Shown here in pieces: positions 12,546 to 22,399 of a DNA stretch of 64,000 bases. The stretch is from positions 10,044,001 to 10,108,000 of the forward strand of contig JAGIQG010000040.1 of NCBI GenBank assembly GCA_024679065.1. Direction: 5' to 3'. Each line of letters opens with the position of its first letter. Within the stretch, counting starts at the first letter, position 1. Both the position numbers and the translations under genes were made by a program. The DNA is from Sphyrna mokarran (lineage: Eukaryota). Under the pieces are notes generated by a model. It worked only from the letters and a program-made list of their open reading frames with translations. It was not told where the DNA came from and ran no database searches.

Positions 12546-13609
12546 TAACTGAGAAATGACTGGGAAGTGATGTGTCTGGGTTGGTTGGTTGGCAGGGATC
12601 AGGTCGTGGGAGAGGCGGGTTTGATGGAATGTTAGAATGGAATCAAAACAACAATCAACACAGTTTCATTAGATCTGTTATAGTGACTAATTGGAATAAG
12701 TTGTAAGCGATCTAACCAATGAGAAAATGATGTGGTGTCAGTTGACCAACTGACTCAGTATACGTAAGAAGCTGCTGGGGTTTGTGAGAGCCTGTACAGG
12801 TCCAGGGTGAGGTCTCAAGTCTTGGACTCATGAAGTTTCTTCATTAAAGCTTGCTTTACAAGTTTGAAAGTTTGTAAAGTTTGCTTTACAAGTTAGAGTA
12901 AGTTGTGTTTCATTTTATTGCCAAGAACTGAAGAATCCCTCTTTCTGGATGCACATGAATATGTGGGGTGGGAGGCGGGGTTGAGGTTGGGGCGTGTGGG
13001 GCTGTCTCATATGAGGCACCGTCTGCACCTTTAAAATAATTTCCAAAATTACAAGAGGTTATTTCCCCCCCCCACTCCTATATTTTCAGCGTACCTATGA
13101 TCTGATGTAAATGATTGAAATTTGTTTGCCAGATGGTAGCAGGCACAGCACAATTTTCCAGTGGACTAGGCCTTCTGGACAATTGTCATGTGAACCCTCA
13201 ATTATTAGGGGCACAACAGCTATGATATTACCCTCTCCCACGTGAACCCCCATCCCAACCCATGCTCCAATCCATTATTTAAAACTCTGTCTATCTCCTC
13301 AAATTTACCAAGTCCCAGCATCCATCACACAATGAGGTAATTCATTCAACAGATTCACCACCCATTGAGAGAAGTGATTTCTCCCCATGTCTGCCTTAAA
13401 TCTAATTGTTTCAGATGATCGGGCCCTGCTTCTGGTTGTACTCCTGGCTCAAGCACTGGTGGATCTGCCTTGAAGGCAGTTGTGTTTTTTCTTACAATGA
13501 CCTATCAACAATCCTGGGCTCAGACTGGCTTGAGGTTGGCAACAACAATAACTTCAAATGGGTCCCTTTTAGCTGTGTGTTTTATTTAAACTCATGGGCT
13601 GGCGCAATG

Positions 13610-14437
13610 GAGATGCTGGCATTGGACTGGGGTAAGCGCAGTAAAAAGTCTCACAACACCAGGTTAAAGTCCAACAGGTTTGTTTGGCAGCAGCAAGCTT
13701 TTGGAACGCTGCCCTTTCATCGGGTAAGTGGAATTTCTGTTCACAAACAGGGCATATAAAGACACAAACACAATTTACAAAGTAATGGTTGCAACGCGAG
13801 TTTTCAGAGATAACCAAGTCTTAAAGGTACATACAATGTGATTGGAGAGAGGGCCAAGCACAGATTAAAGAGGTGTGTATGTCTCCAGCCGGAACAGTTA
13901 GTGTAATTTTGCAAACTCGGGATTGCTGATTGCCAGGAGTGTTCTCTTCCAGTTGGGGAGTACTTCAGCAGTCATGGACATTCAGCCTGAGATCTTCAGG
14001 TAAGCATTCTCCAGGGCGACCTTCACGACACACGACAGTGCAGAATCACTGAACAGAGACTGATAGCCAAGTTCTACACACCACAGGACGGCAAAAACAG
14101 TGATCTTGTGTTGATGTCACAATATCCGTAACCCCCACGATTTGCCTGGGCTTGCACAATCTCACTAACTGCCCAGAGAGGAGACAATACATGCCTCTTT
14201 AATCTATGCTTTACCCTCTATCCACTCATATTGTTTGTACCTTTAAGACTTGTTTACCTGTAAAGACTCACATTTCAAGGATTATTTTGTTAATTGAGTT
14301 TGTGTCTTTATGTGCGCTGTTTGTAAACACAACTCCTCACTCGTCTAAAGAAGGAATAACATTACGGAAGCTCTTGCTGCCAAATAAACCTGTTGGATTT
14401 TAACCTGATGCTGTGAGAATTCTTACTGTGCTGACCG
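13610..14437. mobile_element. Penelope-like element with inverted terminal arms, in the GPCR-A intron
   Basis: Arms ~13630-13920 and ~14145-14437 are inverted. The middle encodes a GIY-YIG C-terminal remnant (SLPVGEYFSSHGHS..EQRLIAKF) homologous to 54020-54210. Confidence 0.8.
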
Positions 14438-14824
14438 CAATACAAAACCTGCAGTGCCGGTTACCAGGCATCCCCTATGCTTTTGGCTTCTGGAATAACT
14501 TGCAACTTAGAGTTTCTGAGCATTCTGCAATTTAAGCATCTGAGCGTCAAACTGAAACAGATCTTTTAAAAAAAACGGTCAGACACATATTTCCCCCTCC
14601 AACAAGTTTTCACAATTCTTTTACATCTTTCTAAACATCTTCTACATCTTTATAAACTCAAATTCGCAACACAGGCAACATTGGCATAGTGATCAGCGCT
14701 TTGTAGATGTGACAACTCGACAAGGATGCAGCCAAAGCAACAGTCACAAACATGATAGAGAAGATGGCAAGAGTGGCAGAGTTAAACACAAGCTTCATCA
14801 TTAATAATCAGTGAATACACTTAC

Positions 14825-15041
14825 CGGGAACGCCAATAACAGCCAGGATTGGATAGTAAAAATATCGGATCAGTTTCAGCACATATTCGACACGCTTAGC
14901 TGTAGACGGCCAATCCTGAGAAAGTAAATAAATTATCGAGTATAAACTCCTCTCAATTGTTGTAACATTCAGATCTGTGTCCCTCAGATGTTGATCCATT
15001 GTGGGAACATTCAGATCTACCTTTCCTCTATTCAGATCCAT
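14825..15041 (-). CDS. GPCR-A exon 1 (repeat-containing N-terminus and TM1 start)
   Basis: MDLNRGKVDLNVPTMDQHLRDTDLNVTTIERS...YYPILAVIGVP, then the G|GTAAGT donor at 14824. Which in-frame ATG is used is uncertain. Confidence 0.85.
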
Positions 15042-16494
15042 TGCCAAAACTTGCAATTTCTTTCTCCCAATGTTGATCACACGACTCCCTCTTTCTGAAG
15101 CCGCTTATCACCGTGAAACTCCCGCTGACACCGTGCATAACACTGGGAGGACTCCTTTATGAAACATGGATGGGAATGCTCCACAGACACGATTAATACT
15201 GGTTGAATTAATTTCTACATTAATTACAGTCACCGAACAAACAGGTTTAATGTTTTCCATCCAAAATATTTCATACAAATGCATCACAAAAAATTCTGCG
15301 TCTGTTTGAGCGTTGCTGACTGTAGGGATTTTGGAAATATCGGAAGGGCTGACCAGTATCTTTCAATACTGCTGTGAGCATGGGATTGTGGCAAAAAAAA
15401 ATGTGCGAAAGTTCCTCCAACTTGTCCATAAAGGGAGAACGTTTTACACCTGGAAATGTAGAGCTGTCAGCATCCTATCAGTGAAAAGATTGGGGAAAGT
15501 CTGAACCCAAAATCGGATCTAAGACTGAGCAAGGAATCATAAAGGATAGAGGGAACTGGATGAGTTCCAAATGGAAAAAAAAAAGTGAAGAAAAAGAAAA
15601 GGGAGACACATCCCCCTCTTTTACCAACCTCTCGATTGGGGACAGATCCATCCCTGTCTCAACATCCCAAATCCAACAAGACAAAGACAAGAATGCTGCC
15701 AGAAGAAGGGAAAGGAAGAGTCCAAAGCAAAACAAAGGATGGAATCCCACTACTCACTGAATGAACAGCCTCACAGTGGGAAGTTAACCCCCTCTCCAAC
15801 TGCCACAGGGAAAGGAAGTTCTCCTAATCCCCTAGAGCCCAACATAAGCCGACCCTGATATACAATCCTCTCCTCTCAGCCTGCCCCTTCCAACACTACA
15901 TGGACGTGAACACAACCCTCCATCCTTAAAAGGACTCCCCAATCCCCCTTCCTATTCATCATCATATTGCTGAAAAACAGTGTCTCAACAGCCCTTAATT
16001 CCTTAACTGTTTTTTTTAACTATTCTTGCCTTAAAATATTCAATGAGGTAGTCTCAACTGCTTCATTGGGCAGAGAATTCCACAGATTCGCAATCCTTTC
16101 TGTGAAGAAGTCCCTCCTGAACTCAGTTCTGAATTTACTTCCCCTTATTTTGAGGCCACCAGTGTTATCAACTTTCCTAATTCTATCAGCCCCTTCTCGC
16201 ACCCACTATGTTCACCTGCCAGTGATAATAGCTTCCCTCACCAATCAGCCTTTTCCCCAAACCCCCCTCCTCCCAAAAGCCATATCCCACCTCTGTTGCC
16301 ACCTTTAGTGACCTGCTCGCCAGTACATCCATTTTCCTCTGTATGTTGATGTTCCTAATGGTTCTGGCATTTACAGTATAATACTGAGATCTCTTAGCTA
16401 ATCTCAGTGGGTGTGGCATCATTTCGAGATCTGGCTGTTGCTCTATCAGCATAACTTATTCAGTGTATAGTGAGCGCCAAAATGAGCAAGTAAG

Positions 16495-16581
16495 TGACCC
16501 ATCCACTCATCCATCCACCCGCCCATCCACTCATCCATCCACCCACCCATCCACTCATCTATCCATCATCCATCCATCCAT
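16495..16581. repeat. (CCAT/CCAC)n microsatellite
   Basis: Directly visible tetranucleotide repeat. Confidence 0.85.
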
Positions 16582-16838
16582 TTTTACCAATTTTTTTATC
16601 GCAGTCAGGTTTATAACAGTTCGATAATAGCATTGCTCTTTGGATGTGGCGAATTACATGAAATTTAATGAAGTTGAAGATGGTGTGCTCCTTTTTTCAG
16701 GAGGAAACAATACACACGATGGAAATATGAATTGCTGTGGGCGATTGACGGGAATGTTCATTAGAATTGACATTACTCCCTCCTGACCAAATTCGCACAA
16801 ATATTGAGCTACTACTTGCACCTGTTTGCTGTGTGTTC

Positions 16839-16910
16839 GGTTCTGTGGTGTACTGGTGAGAAATCTGGACTTTGAATCCAATGATCCCAGTTCAAATCTT
16901 TGTGGAACCT
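16839..16910 (+). pseudogene. tRNA-Gln (TTG) pseudogene
   Basis: GGTTCTGTGGTGTACTGGTGAGAAATCTGGACTTTGAATCCAATGATCCCAGTTCAAATCTTTGTGGAACCT aligns without gaps to vertebrate tRNA-Gln, but the D, anticodon and T stems carry mismatches. Confidence 0.8.
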
Positions 16911-17279
16911 TGCTTTAATTTGCAAACACAAATGATTGATATGCTGAAGGATGCTTCGTTTAAATTTCTCGGAAAGCACGAATTGTAAAAACAATTTGTC
17001 AGCCAATTCAACTGCTATTACAATGCACATTGCTGAATGTCTGACACCAGATGCCTGCAACGTGAACGTTTTTCATATTTTCGCTATTCCTTAACGCCTC
17101 TGTTAAAAAAGGAAGCAGTTGGTATCATGCAAGAAATTGACTGGTGTTTGGCAATTATTGACTGTGTGTGTGGGCGGGGGGGGGGGGGGGGGGGGGGGTG
17201 TGGGAGGGGGGGAGGAATATGTGGGTGTGTGTGTGTGGGGGGGTGTATATGGATGTGTGTGGACCCACTGTGGCCTACT

Positions 17280-18027
17280 GGACCATTGAGGAAACGGGCA
17301 TGGAGTCTACAGAAATAGGGCAAACAGATAAGGAAGTCATGGAACATTGGCAGATTAAGGAAGAGGTGGTACTGGCTGTCTTGAGACAATTCAAAGTGGA
17401 TAAATCCCCAGGTCCAGACAGGGTACTCCCATGGACTTGAGGGAGGCAAGTAGTGAACTTGCAGGGGCCGTGGCAGTCATATTTAAAATGTCAGTATGCA
17501 CGGGGGAAGTGCCAAATGATTACAGGGTGGCTCATGTTGTTCTATGTTTAAAAACGATTCTAAAAGAAATCCGGGAAATTATAGGCCAGTAAGTTTGACG
17601 TCAGTGGTGGACAAGTTATTGGAAGGTGTGATAAGGGACAGCATCTACAAATATTTGGATAGACAGGGACTCATTAGGGACAGTCAACATGGCTTTGTGC
17701 ATGGTAGGTCATGCTTGATCAATCTGTTAGAGTTGTTCAAGGAAATTACTGAGAAAGTGATTGAAGGGAAGACAGTGAATGTTGTCTAACTGGATTTTAG
17801 CAAAGCTTTTGATAAGTTCCCTCATGGGAGGTTCGTTAGGAAGGTTCAGTCGCTAGATATACATGGGGAGGTAGTAAATTGGATAATACACTGGCTCAAT
17901 GAAAGAAGCCAGAAAGTGGTTGTGGGAGATTGCTTCTCTGAGTGGAGACCTGTGACTATTGGTGTGCCACAGGGATCAGCGTTGGATCTGTTGTTGTTTG
18001 TCATCTATATCAATGATCTGGATGATC
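17280..18027 (+). mobile_element. CR1-type LINE ORF2 RT fragment
   Basis: [45 protein letters not shown]. Confidence 0.9.
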
Positions 18028-18234
18028 ATCCAATGCAATAGTTTAATCGTTTTATTTTTCCTCACAGCCTTTAATTCCATTTGCCCCAAGTGCAAAATCT
18101 AGCCGCCTTTTGAATGCATTCAAAGTTTTGGCATCAACTACTTCCTGTGGCAATTAACTCCACAGGTTTACCAATCTTTTGAAAGATTCCGATCAAGTGT
18201 TGCAAGATTATATTACATTGCTCTCAGACACAGG

Positions 18235-19055
18235 TTTCATGACCTCCCTATTTGTTTGCCCTGCCACTTTCCTTAGTAAATACGGATGCATAAAAACATT
18301 TAATATCTCCCTCATTTCTTTTGGTTCCATACAAAGCTAACCACTCTGATCGTCAAGAGCACCAATTTTATCCCTTACTATCCTTTTTGTTCTTACCTGT
18401 AGAATCTCTTAGGATTATTCTTCACCTTGACTTCCAAAAAACCTCATGATTTCTTTTTGCCCTCCTGATTTCTTTCTTAAGTAGTTTCTTGCATTTTTTA
18501 TACTCCTCAGGCATTTTATTTGTTCCTTGTTGCTTATACATGTCTCTCTTCTTCTTTATCCGATTTTCAATATCCTCAAGAACCAACGTTCATTTTTTTC
18601 TTATTCACTTCGCCTTGAATCCTGACAGGGACATATAAACTCTGCACTCTCAAAAGTTCTCCTTTGAAGGCCTCCCATTACCGATCACATCCTTGCCAGA
18701 GAACAGACTGTCCCAATCTACACTTTTTAGATCCTTTTTCATTTCTTCAAATTTAGCCTTTTTCGAGTTTAGAACCTCAACCCGAGGACCAGATCTACCT
18801 TTAACCATGATCAAATTGAAACTAATGGTGTTAAATCACTGGAACCAAATTGTTCCCCTACACACACTTATGTCACTTGTCCCAACTCATTTCCTAATAG
18901 GAGGTCTAATAATGCATCCTGTCCAGCTGTTATTTCTATATATTGATTTAGAATTCTTTTCCTGAACTCATTTTTTAAACTCTAACCTATCTAGACTTTT
19001 AGTAGTATGGGAGTCCCAATTTCTATGTGGAAAATTAAAATCCCCTGCAATGTAA
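18235..19055 (-). mobile_element. CR1-type LINE ORF2 fragment (endonuclease end and linker)
   Basis: Minus-strand remnants GDFNF, LGSSD.N.ISF, LNSKKA.FEE, RDSTGK.IKRIV; homologous to 30090-30800. It appears inserted into the 42-bp array. Confidence 0.7.
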
Positions 19056-19066
19056 TCGTTTATTTT

Positions 19067-20065
19067 TCTCTCAGATTCTGATCCATTATTGGAACACTGC
19101 AGTCTATTGTTCTCAGACTCTGATCCAGTACATGAACGTTACATTCAATTAATCACAGATTCTCATCAATTTTGGGACATTGCAGTGTGGTGCTCTCAGA
19201 TTCAGATTGAGTATTGGAATATTACAGGATATTGTTCTCAGATCTACAAAAAGAAATCCAGTATTGGAACATTACAGTCAATTGTTTGCTGATACTGATT
19301 CAGTCTATTGTTCTCAGATTCTGTTCAAGTATTGGCTCATTGCATTCCAAAGTTCTCAGATACTGATCGAGTATTGGAACAATGCCGTCTATTGTTCTCA
19401 GTTTCTGATCCATTATTGAATTACTGCAGTCTATTATTCTCAGATTCTGAACCAGTATCGAAACATTTCAGCCTATTATTCTCCGATGCTAATTCTTCTT
19501 TGAAGACAGCGGTCTACGCTTCTCAGATGCTGAATACATTATTGAAATATTGTGGTGTATTGTTCTCAGAATCTCATGCATTATTGGAATATTGCCGTAT
19601 ATTGGTCTCAGACTCCGATGCTGTATTTGATCATTACAGTATATTGTTCCCAGATTCAGATCCATTATCGCAACATTACAGTCTATTGTTCTCAGATTCG
19701 GGTCCATTATAGGAACTTTGTAGTCTATTGCTCTCTGTCCTGATCCACTATTGGAACATTGCAATATATTGTTTGCAGATTCTCATTCAGTATTGAAGCA
19801 TTGCAGTCTCTTGTTCTCAGATTTTGATCCAATATTTGAATAGTACATTTTATTGTCCTCAGATTCTGATCCATTAGTTGAAAGTTACTGTCCATTATTC
19901 TCAGATTCTGATCATGTGTTGGAATATTACACTCCATTGTTCTCAGATACTGATCCAGTATTGGAAGATTGCAGTTTTTTTTTGTTCTCTGATTCTGATC
20001 CATTATTTGAACATTGCAGTCTATTGTTCTCAGATTCCAATTAAGTATTGGAACATTGCAGTTCC
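19067..20065 (-). repeat. Degenerate 42-bp (2 x 21) tandem array, roughly 23 units, homologous to the GPCR N-terminal repeats
   Basis: Plus-strand consensus CTGATCCAGTATTGGAACATTGCAGTCTATTGTTCTCAGATT; the minus strand reads NLRTIDCNVPILDQ. Confidence 0.9.
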
Positions 20066-20300
20066 ATCTGAAGCCTCAGGTTGTACTGTACATAACACTG
20101 AGAGATAGTTCTATCTGAAACATCAGATTGTACTGTACGTAACACTGACAGATCTATCTAAAGCCTCAGATTTTACTGTATATAACATCCTAAACCTCTT
20201 GCAAAGACTGTACTGTACGTAACACTGAGAGATAGTTCTAACCAATGACTAGAGCTCAGACTATATTGTGTGTAATGCTAAGAGATTGATTTGTATGAAG
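20066..20300. repeat. Degenerate ~46-bp tandem array, about 5 units
   Basis: Recurrent CTGAAGCCTCAGATTGTACTGTACRTAACACTGAGAGATAGTTCTAT. Confidence 0.8.
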
Positions 20301-20419
20301 TTCCTCACTAAGGGTATTCAGTACATGAGCTATAGATAAGATCTGCTATAGCCTCGATTTAGCAGACTATGTCAACCCTAATTAATATTAACTTCATCTG
20401 AAACCCACAACCCTGATAA

Positions 20420-21195
20420 CCATAAGGCAGTAAGATACAGGAGCAGAATTAGGACATTAAGCCCATCGAGCTGGCTCCACATTCAAGCATGACTGAGAAG
20501 TTTCCCAAACCCATTCTCCCGTTTTCTCCCCGTAGCCTTTGATCCCTTTATCAGTCAAGAACCTATCTACCTTTTTCTTAAATACGTTCAGAGATTTGAC
20601 CTCTACATCTTGTGTAGCAATGAATTCCACAGACTTGCCACTCCCTGACTGAAGAAATTCCCCCTCATCACAATTCTAAAGTAAGTAAACTTCACAACAG
20701 CTGGTTAAAGTCCTACAGGTTCATTTGAAGTCACAAGCTTTTGGAACACAGCTTCTTCATCAGGTGAGTGGACAACTAGTGTTCTGAGACTTTTTACTGT
20801 GTCCACACCAGTCCCACGCCGGCATCTTCACATGTCAGTTCCAAAGGGTAAACCCTCTCCTCTGAGTCTCTGTTCTCATTCCTCATCTCTCCTGTTATTG
20901 GGAACATCTTCCTCAAGTGCACTCTACCCAGACCTTTCATTATTCTAAAAGTTTCAATGACTTTCTCCTCCTCATCCTTCCAAACTCCATCAAGTACAGA
21001 CACAGAGTCCTTAGACACTCCTCATGTGTCAAGTCTCTCATTCGCCGGATCATTCTTGTGAACATCCTCTGGATCCTGTCCAAGGCCAGCACACCCTTCC
21101 TCAATACGGGGCCGAATGTGGTCTGACCAGAGAATTATTAAATCTCAGCAGTACATCCCTGCTTTTATACTCTAGCCGTCTCAAAATGAACACTA
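20420..21195 (-). mobile_element. CR1-type LINE 3' fragment interrupted by a short Penelope terminal piece (~20683-20835)
   Basis: CR1 tail and coding remnants; the insert matches the Penelope end at 13610-13735. Confidence 0.7.
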
Positions 21196-21656
21196 GCAGA
21201 GGTTATATCGAATGAATATTGGAAATTGTACAGTCTGACCCGCCATTATTTTCAAATTTCCATACCTCCTTACTCTCAACACCCCATCTGAGCTTTAAGA
21301 ATTCTACTTTGGGTGTAAAAAAGTATTGGATTCAAAGGGGTTAAGTGAAGCTGTTTGTTTCGTGACTGTAATTGATTTGAGTCTCCATGGATCTGATTAA
21401 TGTACCTGGAGGGATTTCCCTCTTCTACTAATAAGGGATTCCGTTCAATGTGTTGTCCCATTGAGTTAACGAGAGCAACAGCTCCGACAGTAACAGAGAT
21501 CAACGGCTGCGGAGTGAGAGGGAGGGAGAGGAGAGATCAGAAACTGAAACAATGGATGGGAATCTTCTAACAATGGATAAGAATCTGGGAGAAATAGATT
21601 GGAATGTTCCAACGATGGATCAGAATTTGGGAACAATCAACTGAAACATTTGAACA

Positions 21657-21909
21657 ATGGATCAGAATCTGGGAACAATGAATTGGAATCTTCCAACAAT
21701 CGATCAGAATCTGGGAACAACGGAGTGGAATGTTCCAACAATGGATCAGAACTTGGAAAATGTTCCACCCAAGGACAGGAGTTTATTCATGTGGATTTCT
21801 TTCTATACGGCAGATGATTGGTTGATAACATCAGTTGATCGGATTGAATATCTACTGAAAGTGATTCAATGTTTTTACTATCCCCTCCTGGCGATTATTG
21901 GTATCCCGG
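21657..21909 (+). CDS. GPCR-B exon 1 (repeat-containing N-terminus and TM1 start)
   Basis: MDQNLGTMNWNLPTIDQNLGTTEWNVPTMDQNLE...YYPLLAIIGIP, then the G|GTAAGT donor at 21910 (phase 1). Confidence 0.85.
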
Positions 21910-22399
21910 GTAAGTCCCTGGCTAGAATTCTACTGGCCAACGGCCGTGGGGTTCGGAGCAGGCGAGGGACGGAGCATGGGAAGGTCTGTTGAACATGGGT
22001 GAAACTTTGCAGCTTCGGGAAGAGTAAAGCTGTATTATCCGGTCCCCTGTGTCCTGTTCCTAATTCTAGAAAGGCTGTTTAACTGTATTGATTTGTTTGT
22101 GATTTAATGTACTCAGTTCGTTGCTCTTGTTGTTTTTGTTGAATCTCTGTATCTAGTTGTTATTTTTTTTCAGCAACGGAAAATTGTCTCAGAACCTATG
22201 CGCCATGACGTCTTCTGTGTGTTGTGACCTTCCATAGACATCTGACCTCCAACACTATTCCCTCATGAGTAAAAGATTGAGGCAGAACTCTTTTTACCCT
22301 CTACGTATAACACCAGTTCACTGCTAATCATCCACCCAGTTACCAGGCCTCAGAATCCATTTTAATGGTCATATCTGCACAGCAAGATCTTACAGATGG

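Noticed and set aside
12550-12940. Possible solo LTR (CCAAT, TATA-like, ATTAAA)
   Set aside because: No clear TG..CA ends, target-site duplication or second copy in the window.
17169-17260. Poly-G / GT tract as a functional G-quadruplex
   Set aside because: Simple repeat abutting a LINE fragment; homopolymer length is unreliable and there is no supporting context.
19067-20300. CRISPR-like appearance of the arrays
   Set aside because: Contiguous degenerate tandem units with no unique spacers, in a vertebrate context with no cas genes.
21642-21653. Selenocysteine or readthrough at the in-frame TGA codons
   Set aside because: No SECIS recognised; simple nonsense mutations in a decaying repeat explain them.
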